From positions 1 through 32,690 of the forward strand of contig DPVD01000020.1 of the NCBI GenBank assembly GCA_003526745.1: a DNA stretch of 32,690 nt. Direction: 5' to 3'. Position numbers and translations under genes: made by a program. Every line of letters starts with the position of its first letter. Positions within the stretch are counted from its first letter, which is position 1. The notes below the pieces were generated by a model. That model saw only the letters and a list, made by a program, of their open reading frames with translations, did no database searches and was not told where the DNA came from. Positions 8,530 through 17,644 of the stretch are shown one piece after another. The DNA is from Candidatus Latescibacterota bacterium (lineage in GTDB: Bacteria; Latescibacterota; UBA2968).

Positions 8530-9543
8530 ATGCGGTCAGTCATTTGTGTTCACGAGAGGTTCGACGGGACCTGGCCATTCACGGCCGATCATTGGCATCA
8601 ACGATGGGAAGACGAAGGTGGATGTGAGCTGTATCGCACGGAGAATGTAAATCCGAGTGCCCCAGATTTCGTCGAAAATCCCGATACGGTTACCCGCCTC
8701 GTTCTGCTCGGTTTCCAAACGGGCAGGGTGGACCTGGATCCATTCACAGGTCTTGAAGAGTGCTATATCTCGGGCAATTACGGTGAAGACTCAGGTGATG
8801 GTGTGGCGTTGTTGGAGTCGAGGGGCGTATCCCTCATTCACCCGCGGGGTGATGTTCAGTGGGGTCAGACTGTGGCAGAATATGCACTTGGCCTGACGAT
8901 TGCCGCGTTGCGACGGATCCCCATGACATACAACGCGATGATCAAGGGACACGAGACGTGGAACTACTCAACGAAACCCGGAAAGCCCGGGCAGCGTGGT
9001 GCTCAGTTCGGTGATGACACTGACTATGTGAGCGGGACTATCCAAGGGAAACGGGTGCGTGTGATCGGTGTTGGGAATATTGGTGGACGATATGCCAAGT
9101 GGTGTCAGATGATGGGAGCCGACGTTGCGGTCTGGGATCCTTTCGCACCCGATGCGGCGTTTGACTTGGCCGGAGTTCGACGGTGTTGGCACCAAGATGA
9201 AATTGTCAAAGATGCGGATATCTTCGTGCCTATGGTTCCGCTTACCGAGAGCACGCGAGGTCTGGTAACGGCGGAACACATCAACGCGATTCCATGCAAG
9301 AGTCTGGTTTTGACGGTGACGCGCGCAAGGATCTGCGATACGGAAGCGCTCTACAAACGTGTGTTGAACGATGAGCTGTTCTTGGCGGCGGATGTGTTTG
9401 ACGAGGAACCTGTACCACTCGATTCAGAACTTCTGGGTCGCCACAACGTTGTGCACACGCCGCACAACGCTGGTCGTACGATCGACGCGAATAAGGCGAG
9501 AGCTGATGATGGGATTGCGAGGTTTCGGATAAGGGAGGTCTAG
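8530..9543 (+). CDS. D-isomer-specific 2-hydroxyacid dehydrogenase family, NAD-binding
   Basis: The Rossmann motif VRVIGVGNIGGRYAKW is followed by VAVWDP. Catalytic-type blocks are VTRARICD, DVFDEEP and HTPHNAGRT. The ORF track starts at GTG 8494. I prefer the ATG at 8530, which has GAGG 6 nt upstream. Confidence 0.8.
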   Translation: MRSVICVHERFDGTWPFTADHWHQRWEDEGGCELYRTENVNPSAPDFVENPDTVTRLVLLGFQTGRVDLDPFTGLEECYISGNYGEDSGDGVALLESRGVSLIHPRGDVQWGQTVAEYALGLTIAALRRIPMTYNAMIKGHETWNYSTKPGKPGQRGAQFGDDTDYVSGTIQGKRVRVIGVGNIGGRYAKWCQMMGADVAVWDPFAPDAAFDLAGVRRCWHQDEIVKDADIFVPMVPLTESTRGLVTAEHINAIPCKSLVLTVTRARICDTEALYKRVLNDELFLAADVFDEEPVPLDSELLGRHNVVHTPHNAGRTIDANKARADDGIARFRIREV

Positions 9544-9821
9544 GTCCGCGACGACATCGCTAAGCCTTCCTGCTCACGCCAATCTTGGAGAATTTTGCAT
9601 GAGAGTGACTGAGGTGTTCCTGGTAGTGTCGTTCGGTAACGCGTTCCCCGCCGAGTAGAGCGCTGAATCGACCACGGGCCTGGTTAATCCGGTGCGCTTT
9701 GTTCAAGACGGCAAAGCTATTTGCGATGACGAGACGCTACGATGCCCAGTGTATCGATGAAGGTATTGTCTCTCTGCACGCCAAGGGTGAGACTCGAGGT
9801 TGAACTGACGCTTTAGCTCTA

Positions 9822-10553
9822 CTAAGGAATGTGGTCGTATCTCCGTTCCGGATCGTAAATGTGCAGGTCACGATCGGGCATGCGATACCCGAGCAGCCGG
9901 AGCCGCTGGTCGCTCGCCCCCTCCAGGCACTCCGGTGGCAGCGTCTGGTCCGATTCGTACCGTTTCAGCCACCAGTGTCCGTAGTACATATAGATCCCAC
10001 GCCTCAACCGATGCGACTCGTTCCGGCCTCCAGTATGCCAGACCGCGCTGTTGACGAATACAGCATCTCCTGGCTGCGCGTGAACGGCAACTTCCCCCTC
10101 CAAAGGTTCGTTCTTCTTCTCTTGTGGCGGGAGATCTGGGCCTCGATGGGATCCGGGGACAACCCGGGTGAGTCCGCTGCTCTCGTCCATCATGTCGAGA
10201 TAAACAATGGTGTTGATGGACAGCGGGCGATCACCGGGGAAGCTGAAGTCGCGGTGCCAGGACCGATTCGGAAATGTGGACCCTGGGCTCTGGCGCAAGA
10301 AGTCGTATTGGAGCAATTGGGTCTGGCGTCCGAAGATGGCTGCGTGGCGTTCAAGGATTGGCGGATACTCGATCAGGTCGATGAACGTCTTGTGTCGGAG
10401 AAGGACGTGCTGGTTGCACTTACCCGGTGTCTCTGCTGCCCAGATCTCCTCGAATTCGTTCTGGATCTTTCGGAGTAGGTTCACTCCCAGCACGTTGGGG
10501 ACGTGCAGGTAGCCGTTCTCCAGAAAGAAGTGTAGCTCTTCAGCCGATCTCAT
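9822..10553 (-). CDS. PhyH-family Fe(II)/2OG dioxygenase
   Basis: FLENGYLHVPNVL N-terminus, H-x-D in SWHRDFSF, VVPGSHRG, and the distal block AVWHTGGRNESHRLRRG. Confidence 0.85.
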   Translation of the reverse strand: MRSAEELHFFLENGYLHVPNVLGVNLLRKIQNEFEEIWAAETPGKCNQHVLLRHKTFIDLIEYPPILERHAAIFGRQTQLLQYDFLRQSPGSTFPNRSWHRDFSFPGDRPLSINTIVYLDMMDESSGLTRVVPGSHRGPDLPPQEKKNEPLEGEVAVHAQPGDAVFVNSAVWHTGGRNESHRLRRGIYMYYGHWWLKRYESDQTLPPECLEGASDQRLRLLGYRMPDRDLHIYDPERRYDHIP

Positions 10554-10586
10554 CGATTCTCGAAAGCCTTCAATCGGTCGTATGGT

Positions 10587-11828
10587 CTAGCGCGAGAAAT
10601 GCATGCTTGCGACGCGGACGTGTGCGTTGGCGTCCTTGAGTGATGCACGATTTTGCTCGAACTGTTGCCAGCCGAAGTTGTTCCTTTCCTGCGCGGCTTG
10701 AGCGCGATCCAGGACCGGCTCCTGCAACGTGTCCCGCTCGTCCGGACAGACGTGACGGAACAGGGGCCGGGCGTCCGGTGGAAGCGCTTTGTATTCCTCG
10801 TGGCTGATCGGCCGGCACACCGTGTTCGTGTTTACACCGTCGCCCGGTGCGAAGTCGTCTACGGACAACCACCAGGGACACCATCGATTGACGACAGCGA
10901 CACGATCGCGTCCACTCGGGTTATGCATGGCGGAAGCGTGCCAGCACCGAGAGTCTTGCATGTAAACCGAACCGGCTGGAGCGGATACTTGCATGTCGCC
11001 TGGGATGGGCGCGCTGACGACCATGTCGTCGTTCGGGCCGCGGGGATTCCGTTCGTCCTTGTGTGAGCCTGGAACGATCCAGGTGCCCCCGGAGTTTTCG
11101 TCGACGTCGGTCAGATACCAGATCATGACAATGCACATGGTCAGGTCCGGGAATGGCTGACGGATACACCCCGCATTGGCGTATTGATCGTTTCCTCCGT
11201 AGGCGGACAAGTCGTGCGGCCAATCCGTATGCCATTCTCGCGTTTCGGGGTCGCCGCGATGTTTGCTAACAGGGCCACCATGTTTGCCGTCGACGGGCAA
11301 GTGGCGCGAATGGAGTTGCGCGATCCGAACGTGATCGTCCAATACGTGGCGTGCGACTGCGGTGACTGCTGGATGCGCAAGATGCTGGGCGTATTTGGGC
11401 ATCCAGACGATGTCATTGGGTGGCTTTGGCGGACATCCTCGCTTCCGCACCTGCCTGAGTTCGACGGCATCTGGACCGGTTTCGTTCAAAAGGTCCTCTG
11501 GACTGCTTCCCTTTTCAAGGCGCTGACGGATGCGGTCGATGTTCCGACTGACCCGCTTGCCGACTTCCACCGCTTCTTCACGGATTGAATCGACTTCCTC
11601 TGGTGGAATGACATTGTCGATAACGCAGAAACCGTTCCTGTCTACCGAGTCCGCACATCCAGCTACAACCTCGTCGATCGGAGACGACGCACTGAACGCG
11701 TATGCCCGCGATCGCGCCAACTCAGTGCCGTATGCCTCCGGATCAATGACTTTGGCCAGTTGATCCCGCGTTTCCTGTAACTCATGACTCAGTCGAGCTT
11801 CCCGAGTTTTGAGTTCAGAAACATGCAT
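10587..11828 (-). CDS. Enlarged PhyH-family dioxygenase with about 60-aa charged N-terminal extension
   Basis: The PhyH core begins near RNGFCVIDNVIPPEEV. It has H-x-D in EWHTDWPHD, IVPGSHKD, and the distal block RCWHASAMHNPSGRDRVA. The protein is 413 aa against 243-291 aa for its neighbours. The N-terminus MHVSELKTREARLSHELQETRDQLAKV looks helical and heptad-like. Confidence 0.8.
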   Translation of the reverse strand: MHVSELKTREARLSHELQETRDQLAKVIDPEAYGTELARSRAYAFSASSPIDEVVAGCADSVDRNGFCVIDNVIPPEEVDSIREEAVEVGKRVSRNIDRIRQRLEKGSSPEDLLNETGPDAVELRQVRKRGCPPKPPNDIVWMPKYAQHLAHPAVTAVARHVLDDHVRIAQLHSRHLPVDGKHGGPVSKHRGDPETREWHTDWPHDLSAYGGNDQYANAGCIRQPFPDLTMCIVMIWYLTDVDENSGGTWIVPGSHKDERNPRGPNDDMVVSAPIPGDMQVSAPAGSVYMQDSRCWHASAMHNPSGRDRVAVVNRWCPWWLSVDDFAPGDGVNTNTVCRPISHEEYKALPPDARPLFRHVCPDERDTLQEPVLDRAQAAQERNNFGWQQFEQNRASLKDANAHVRVASMHFSR

Positions 11829-11929
11829 TCTGTGCTCCTTTCCTTACAATTCGACCCTGATGTCATGGTGTAGCAACGGTTTCCTCTGGGAAGATTCTGG
11901 GATACCGCTGGCCTGTCGATAGAGGGTCG

Positions 11930-12964
11930 CTAGGCGGGGACGGGGACAGTTTCACCCAGCAAGGATTCATGTTTCAGCTCAGACCAGAAATCTGCTGGAA
12001 TGTGGTGCTCGAAGTAGGAGACGTTCGTCTGGATTTCTTCGACAGATCGGGCGCCGGGGATGATGGTTGCGATGGCCGGGTGTCCAAAAGGAAACTGAAG
12101 GGCTGCCGCCTGAAGCGGAACGTTGTGACGGTCACAGATCGATTCGATTCCGCGAACACGTTCCAAAACATCTTCGGGTGCATCGCCGTAGTTGTACTTG
12201 GCGCCTTCGATCGCGCCTGTGGCTAGGATCCCCGAATTGTAAGGTCCGCCTACAATGATGCGGACGTCCCGTTCGAGGCACAGGGGCAGAAAACTTTCGA
12301 GCGGCTCTTGTTCGAGAAGCGTGTAGCGACCTGCCAGAAGGAAGCAGTCGAAATCGCCCGCCTTGGCGAACTCAGCGAGCATCTGCCATTGGTTCATCCC
12401 GAGTCCTACGGCTTTGATCACGCCTTGGTTGCGGAGGTCGTCCAGAACCGGGTAGACGTTATTCATGACTTCGTCGAAGTGGCTAACCGCGAAAGGATCT
12501 GATCCGGGGTCCCACAACGTTGCGCCCTCGTCGGGATCGTGGATGAGGATGATCTCGACATGATCTGTCTGGAGACGTTCCAGGCTTTCGTCGATCGAAC
12601 GCTTGGCTGCGTCGGCCGTGAAGTCGAAAATGGCGTCGAGGTTCGGGATGTCGACGAACGGCGCATTGTGCGGCTCAGTCGATGTTTTTTCAACAAGCGT
12701 GTAGCCGACTTTGGTTGAAATGACGAAATCATTTCGGTCGTAGTTCGAGAGAGCGATCCCCAGTCGGGTTTCGCTGACGCCGAACCCGTACAAAGGTGCA
12801 GTGTCCAGGTATCCGATTCCGGCGGACTGAGTCGCGCCTAGTGTGTCGATGGCGTTCTGGTCGGACATGGACTGATACAAGTTCCCAAAGCCTGTACCGC
12901 CCAGTCCCATCTGCGTGACTTCGAGTTCGTGATTCCCAACGCGCTGCTTCTGACCCGATTTCAT
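11930..12964 (-). CDS. Aldo/keto reductase (D-threo-aldose / L-fucose 1-dehydrogenase-like)
   Basis: LGLGGTGFGNLY, with AKR tetrad context YLDTAPLYG (Asp/Tyr), ISTKVG (Lys) and ILIHDP (His). 344 aa. Confidence 0.85.
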   Translation of the reverse strand: MKSGQKQRVGNHELEVTQMGLGGTGFGNLYQSMSDQNAIDTLGATQSAGIGYLDTAPLYGFGVSETRLGIALSNYDRNDFVISTKVGYTLVEKTSTEPHNAPFVDIPNLDAIFDFTADAAKRSIDESLERLQTDHVEIILIHDPDEGATLWDPGSDPFAVSHFDEVMNNVYPVLDDLRNQGVIKAVGLGMNQWQMLAEFAKAGDFDCFLLAGRYTLLEQEPLESFLPLCLERDVRIIVGGPYNSGILATGAIEGAKYNYGDAPEDVLERVRGIESICDRHNVPLQAAALQFPFGHPAIATIIPGARSVEEIQTNVSYFEHHIPADFWSELKHESLLGETVPVPA

Positions 12965-13007
12965 CTCGGTATCCTTTATTGTGTCGGTGGCCGGCTATCT
13001 CGAGTAG

Positions 13008-13883
13008 TCAATCGTTTGCGACAGGCCACGGATCCTTTGGAACGGTCTTGAGCGAGTAATTCTCCCAGTAGTAATGATACGCATCGGATTCCCACCCCTC
13101 GTAGACGTCTTCCCACGAAAGGCGTCCCTGGTGAGGGCCCAACACCTTATCCATGATTGGGTCGGACGCGCGCTGATACCGAAAATCTACGGATAGGCGG
13201 ATGCGATTCCCGGATCGGTTAGGTATCCCTTGGTGAATAGTGTGGCTGTGGAAGAATAGTACGTCTCCTATCCGGAAGGGGCTTGTTACCCATTGACCGT
13301 CGGCGCCTGAAACATCCGTTTTAAGACTGCCCGCACCTAGTGAGCGCGTGACGGGCAGGATCCCTTGCCTATGAGAGCCTGCCAGGACCGTTAGCCCCCC
13401 CATCTCTGACGGGCAGTCGCCCAGCGGTATCCAGGCAGTCCACACGTCAGGGGTGCCTTGGATATGAATGTAATCTTGGTGCGGTGGCGTGGTGTGCTCG
13501 AAAGCGTTCGGGAAGATGACCCGCGCGATGTTGCTCGGTTGGAGAAATGTGTCCTGCCCCAAGATGCTTTCGCTGACCTGGATCAGGCCCGGTTCGTGGG
13601 CAAGGGTGTGGAAGGATTCCAGGCACTGGATGCGGTCGTAGATAGGGGTGAACTCCGGCGAGCCGGCGATCCTCGCAGGATGAGACGAAATCGCTTCGAT
13701 CGGGTCCGTTCCCGCATCGATCCAGCCGGCTTGCTCAAGAATTCTGACGATATCTCGTCTCGCCCTTAGAATTAATTCTTGATCAACAAGCGAGCGAAAG
13801 AACAAGTATCCATCCTGTTCAGCCTTCTCACGGAGCGACGGAACTGCGTCAGGAGGGGGCGCCGATTCGTGGAACGATGTCAT
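13008..13883 (-). CDS. PhyH-family Fe(II)/2OG dioxygenase
   Basis: QDGYLFFRSLV N-terminus, H-x-D in PPHQDYIH, VLAGSHRQG, and the distal block HTIHQGIPNRSGNRIRLS. The start overlaps the upstream gene's stop as ATGA (13880-13883). Confidence 0.85.
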   Translation of the reverse strand: MTSFHESAPPPDAVPSLREKAEQDGYLFFRSLVDQELILRARRDIVRILEQAGWIDAGTDPIEAISSHPARIAGSPEFTPIYDRIQCLESFHTLAHEPGLIQVSESILGQDTFLQPSNIARVIFPNAFEHTTPPHQDYIHIQGTPDVWTAWIPLGDCPSEMGGLTVLAGSHRQGILPVTRSLGAGSLKTDVSGADGQWVTSPFRIGDVLFFHSHTIHQGIPNRSGNRIRLSVDFRYQRASDPIMDKVLGPHQGRLSWEDVYEGWESDAYHYYWENYSLKTVPKDPWPVAND

Positions 13884-14692
13884 GGCATTGTCCCTGTTGT
13901 TGAGTAGATCAGCGGGAGGTGTGTATCGTCCTCGAGTAGATCGCCTTCATCGAGTCGTTCGAAGACTTCATCTGGAAGCGCGCTTTTCTTGCCGTTGAAC
14001 ACAGCGTCTTCGGGCATATAGAGCATAGCGAAGGCTCTGCGCGGCTTTGTGGTCATGTTTGGCCCCGCTGCGTGTGCGGCAAGACCACTGATGAAAATCC
14101 CGTCGCCTGCTTGCATCTCGGTCGCAGTCGGCTCGATGTCTTCCCATTCCGGGTATTCTCGGAACAGATCACCGATGCTGGCCTGCCTTAGGTTTCCCCC
14201 CAATTCAAAGTGGCTCTGCTTGTGTGTGCCAGCCAAGAGGTAGAGACATCCGTTCTGTAGTGTCGCATTGTCTAGTGCGACCCACAGCATGATTGCCTTG
14301 TTCGAGTAGAAGGGATCGTAGGGGTTGTCGACGTGGAGGTTGGTCGGGTTGGCCCAAGGCTGCTTGATGAGGGCGTGATCGTGGTAGAGCCGCACGCCGA
14401 TCGAGCCAGAGAGGCTGGCAGCGAGCTTGCCGAGCCGGGCATCACGGACGAGGGATTCGACCTCCGAGTCGGTCTTCCAGAGGTTGACGCACTGAGTGAA
14501 GACGTTCCTGTAGTAGGTCTGTTCGGCCGTGGGTGATTCTGAAGGCGACCGGCGGGTCTGGAAACGCGCTACTGCTTGGTCAATCACTCCACGCCAATGC
14601 TCGAGCTCGGAGGGCTGCAGCAGCCCTTCTACGACGAGGAATCCGTCCTCTTGATAGGAGGCGATCTGCGAATCTGTAACGTGGTCGATCAT
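13880..14692 (-). CDS. PhyH-family Fe(II)/2OG dioxygenase
   Basis: YQEDGFLVVEGLL N-terminus, H-x-D in NLHVDNPY, LLAGTHKQ, and the distal block LAAHAAGPNMTTKPRRA. Confidence 0.85.
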   Translation of the reverse strand: MIDHVTDSQIASYQEDGFLVVEGLLQPSELEHWRGVIDQAVARFQTRRSPSESPTAEQTYYRNVFTQCVNLWKTDSEVESLVRDARLGKLAASLSGSIGVRLYHDHALIKQPWANPTNLHVDNPYDPFYSNKAIMLWVALDNATLQNGCLYLLAGTHKQSHFELGGNLRQASIGDLFREYPEWEDIEPTATEMQAGDGIFISGLAAHAAGPNMTTKPRRAFAMLYMPEDAVFNGKKSALPDEVFERLDEGDLLEDDTHLPLIYSTTGTMP

Positions 14693-14862
14693 TTGGATCC
14701 GTCCATAAGGTCATCCTCGAACGCAAAGTTCGACAGATGTTTACTTTCTCAGTCCTCCGACGACCACCAAATCCTCAAGTTTCTCGTATTTGGTGCCATC
14801 CGCCTGCCCGATGCAGCTTTCGATCGCCATAACCGTGTTCTCTTTGAACACGATGTGGGACA

Positions 14863-16017
14863 CTACTTTAAACCTTCCGGGGCCAGTTCCCCGATTGATC
14901 CTTCGAGCTCCGGATCCGGTGTGTCCGACCTGATCTCCGTCGCCGTCTCAGGCACCGGCACGTCATACTGATACGTCGGGTTGTCCTGCTGTTTCCTCCA
15001 GATCATCCGCATCTCTTTCCACGCATCGATGGTGTTCTTTGGTTCTGGCATGTCGTCCGCGATCTCTTGAGCGAGTTTCCTGAGGTTGTAACAAGGGACG
15101 CCCGCATACATGTGGTGCTCGGTGTGCCAGTTCATCCGCCAGTAGAGGAACGAAGCGATCGGGTTCAGTCGGATCGACCGGGTGTTCTTTCTGAAGTCTG
15201 CAATGTCTCCTCGAAGACCACAGTGCTGTGTTGTCCCCACGAAGTAGGCCAACCAGCTAGCCGTGAACGGGAAAAACGAGATGATGAAAGCTAATACCCA
15301 TAAACCCGACCAGGCCGAGTATGCGATCACGGATCCGTGGAAAAGAAGCTGCAGGCGGGACCACCACAAGGAACGTCGAAGCTCGTTTGGCTGATCGTCG
15401 TGAAGTGTCTGGATCCATTCACGGCTGACGTTTTCCGTAGATCCGACGATTCCCAGCGCAGATTTGATCGTGATGAATACGGTTGAGAAGAATCCGCCTT
15501 TACCGAAGTTGCGTCCGGGACCAGAGAAGAGGTTGATCGTGAAGAGCTGGATCAACAGGATCGGGCTGAGTGAAGGTACCAGCGGATGCACGTTCTCTCG
15601 ATCCCCCTCCACATACTGCGTGTATCGGTGGTGGTAGGTGTGGCTGCTCGCGTAGTCGTAGGGGTCCCACCAGCTAAGGAGGCTGAACACATACGTGAAG
15701 GCCTTGTTCAGCCAACGAGTCCGGAAGACGGTGCCGTGACCACACTCGTGGGGTGCAACACCCGAGAGGAAGGACCCGAGCGTCCCGTGAGCGAACAGTG
15801 TCGCCGCAAAGGCTGCCCAGTTGTTCACGGACCAGAAGTGGTAAACCAGCCATCCCGTGCACAGGAACAGAACGAGATGCCCTCCCGCCTGGAGCATGCC
15901 CTGCACATCGCTTCGTCTTGACAGCTCCTTCAGTCTGCCCGGCGGTAACGGGCTGCGATACCACTCAACGCGAAGATCCTCCCTGACCTCCTCGAGCGGC
16001 CGGTAATCTGCCGACAT
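14863..16017 (-). CDS. Membrane fatty-acid desaturase / di-iron hydroxylase family protein
   Basis: Three His boxes are present: HECGH, HTYHH and HTEHH. Hydrophobic segments lie between them (e.g. LVLFLCTGWLVYHFW, WVLAFIISFFPF). The ATG at 16017 (MSADYRPLEEV) has AGGAGG 6 nt upstream. This makes the 41-codon extension to 16140 in the ORF track unlikely. Confidence 0.85.
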   Translation of the reverse strand: MSADYRPLEEVREDLRVEWYRSPLPPGRLKELSRRSDVQGMLQAGGHLVLFLCTGWLVYHFWSVNNWAAFAATLFAHGTLGSFLSGVAPHECGHGTVFRTRWLNKAFTYVFSLLSWWDPYDYASSHTYHHRYTQYVEGDRENVHPLVPSLSPILLIQLFTINLFSGPGRNFGKGGFFSTVFITIKSALGIVGSTENVSREWIQTLHDDQPNELRRSLWWSRLQLLFHGSVIAYSAWSGLWVLAFIISFFPFTASWLAYFVGTTQHCGLRGDIADFRKNTRSIRLNPIASFLYWRMNWHTEHHMYAGVPCYNLRKLAQEIADDMPEPKNTIDAWKEMRMIWRKQQDNPTYQYDVPVPETATEIRSDTPDPELEGSIGELAPEGLK

Positions 16018-16023
16018 CGAAAA

Positions 16024-16029
16024 CCTCCT
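16024..16029 (-). promoter_or_regulatory. Shine-Dalgarno AGGAGG for the desaturase gene
   Basis: The plus strand reads CCTCCT at 16024-16029, which is AGGAGG on the minus strand, 6 nt upstream of the ATG at 16017. Confidence 0.7.
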
Positions 16030-16250
16030 GCTTTGTTCAGTTGTGCCTGCAACCAACGCTACGATGATAGGATCAGGGAACCGAGTGCGAAAGGACTTCC
16101 GGTCTCCTTTTCCGCCGATCTTGCCATCTTTTGCGAACAAAGCCTATCTTGCAGTTCCTGTTTGCAGAGACCGCAGCTGTAAACGAGTAGCGAGGTTCCT
16201 TCTTGACCTTCTCGACGCCGCTGCCGGTTCGGACCAAGGGCCACCTTCAA

Positions 16251-16255
16251 GGGAG
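16251..16255 (+). promoter_or_regulatory. Shine-Dalgarno-like GGGAG for the MaoC gene
   Basis: GGGAG lies 6 nt upstream of the in-frame GTG at 16262. Confidence 0.45.
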
Positions 16256-16261
16256 AATGCT

Positions 16262-16771
16262 GTGGAACAGTCAGTCAAAGCCGGCTGGGATGGGAGATAC
16301 TACGAAAACTTCGAAGTCGGTGATGTCTACAGGAGCTCCTGCGGCCGAACAGTGACGGAAACAGACAATGCGATGTTCACGCACCTGACGATGAACACAA
16401 ATCCGCTTCATTTCGACGCCGAACGTGCGAAGGAGACTAGGTGGGAGCGGATTCTCGTTAATAGCACGTTCACGCTCGCGCTGGTCGTTGGGATGAGCGT
16501 GTCCGATGTGAGCCAGAACGCGATGGCGAACCTAGGGTGGGAGGAGGTAAAGCTTCCGAACCCGGTGTTTATTGGCGATACCCTCTACTGCGAGACTGAG
16601 GTCTTGTCGAAGCGTGAGTCCCGAACGTATCCTGAAGCGGGCATCGTGCAGGTCCTGTCCAGAGGGATCAACCAAGACGGAGACGTGGTTATCGAGTTTA
16701 CACGCAATGTGATGGTCTATAAGACAGATTCAGCTCCAGGGAAGGGAAGCTTCCCCGAGGTCAAGCGGTGA
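16262..16771 (+). CDS. MaoC-like (hot-dog fold) enoyl-CoA hydratase/dehydratase
   Basis: YYENFEVGDVYRSSCGRTVTETDNAMFTHLTMNTNPLHFD is the MaoC dehydratase signature region. A GTG start at 16262 gives 169 aa, the normal size for this family. The upstream 73 codons of the track ORF (from 16043) are Arg/Ser/Pro-rich and would collide with the divergent desaturase promoter region. Confidence 0.75.
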   Translation: MEQSVKAGWDGRYYENFEVGDVYRSSCGRTVTETDNAMFTHLTMNTNPLHFDAERAKETRWERILVNSTFTLALVVGMSVSDVSQNAMANLGWEEVKLPNPVFIGDTLYCETEVLSKRESRTYPEAGIVQVLSRGINQDGDVVIEFTRNVMVYKTDSAPGKGSFPEVKR

Positions 16772-17637
16772 TCCCTCCTGACATTATTCGTTCATGGCTT
16801 TTTGTGCCTGGGCACAGACAGTCGATGGTCGAGAAATCGCTGCTGCTAAGCGCCGACGCCGTAATCTTCGATCTGGAGGACGCGGTCCCGCCAGACGAGA
16901 AGCAAACCGCCCGCGACATCCTGACGGCTATCCTGTCAGAATCACCTCGTAATAAAGATCCGTTCATCTTTGTGCGCGTCCACCCATCGAGTCACTCGGA
17001 ACACGCTCGCGATCTGGCTGCGGTTGTTCGACGGAGGCTGACCGGTCTCGTATTGCCAAAGGTCGGGACGGCCGACGCCATTACTAGGCTTGAGGACGAT
17101 GTTTCTCTCCGGGAATCCATTGCAGGTAGACCGAACCAGCTCATACGGATCGTGCCGATGATCGAGTCCGCGTCTGGACTCGTTAACGCGCAAGAGATCG
17201 TCGAATCGAGCGATCGTGTGTTTGGTCTGATGTTCGGCGCGGAGGACTATGCCCTGGACGTGGGGATTCCTGTGTCAGCAGGTTCCGATGCCTTCGGACT
17301 AGCACATGCCAGGGCAACGATGGTCGTGGTTGCAGCGAGTCGGGGCGTACATTCGATCGACCGCGTGTTTGTTGACTACCGGGACGACGAGGGTTTAGAA
17401 CGTGATGCACTCGCATCCAGGTCGATGGGTTTTACAGGGAAATCCGTGATCCATCCGAAGCAAATCGACATCGTGAATTCTACATTTAGACCGACCAAGG
17501 CCGAGGCGGAAGAGGCGCAGCGGGTGGTGGACGCATTCGAGAATTCAGATGGTGGCGTGGTTAGCGTAGACGGACGGATGGTGGATTGGCCCGTGCTGGA
17601 ACGGGCGAAACGCGTTGTGGAAGAGGCCAGACACTGA
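16768..17637 (+). CDS. HpcH/HpaI aldolase / CitE-like acyl-CoA lyase (malyl-/citramalyl-CoA lyase type)
   Basis: SWLFVPGHRQSMVEKSLLLSADAVIFDLEDAVPPDEKQTARD matches the CitE N-terminal signature (FVPG...DavifDLEDAV..K..AR). The GTG start overlaps the MaoC stop as GTGA (16768-16771). Confidence 0.85.
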   Translation: MIPPDIIRSWLFVPGHRQSMVEKSLLLSADAVIFDLEDAVPPDEKQTARDILTAILSESPRNKDPFIFVRVHPSSHSEHARDLAAVVRRRLTGLVLPKVGTADAITRLEDDVSLRESIAGRPNQLIRIVPMIESASGLVNAQEIVESSDRVFGLMFGAEDYALDVGIPVSAGSDAFGLAHARATMVVVAASRGVHSIDRVFVDYRDDEGLERDALASRSMGFTGKSVIHPKQIDIVNSTFRPTKAEAEEAQRVVDAFENSDGGVVSVDGRMVDWPVLERAKRVVEEARH

Positions 17638-17644
17638 GCGTGAT

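Noticed and set aside
9560-9736. Stop-free minus-strand frame of 58 codons (...NKAHRINQARGRFSALLGGERVTERHYQEHLSHSHAKFSKIGVSRKA) in the convergent spacer between the 2-hydroxyacid dehydrogenase and a PhyH gene. It could be a gene remnant.
   Set aside because: It has no ATG (only an internal TTG at 9706), no SD and no family resemblance that I can name. It cannot be distinguished from random open frame.
14741-14863. 40-codon minus-strand ORF (GTG start overlapping the desaturase TAG; VSHIVFKENTVMAIESCIGQADGTKYEKLEDLVVVGGLRK). Its N-terminus is faintly like a Dabb/stress-responsive barrel start.
   Set aside because: It is far shorter than a Dabb domain (about 100 aa), has a GTG start without an SD, and could not be extended in frame. 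I treat it as chance.
16043-16261. 73-codon N-terminal extension of the MaoC ORF, and the 41-codon extension of the desaturase ORF to 16140.
   Set aside because: The two extensions would overlap each other on opposite strands. The desaturase has AGGAGG plus ATG at 16017, and MaoC has GGGAG plus GTG at 16262, giving family-typical lengths. The extension sequences show no conservation-like character.
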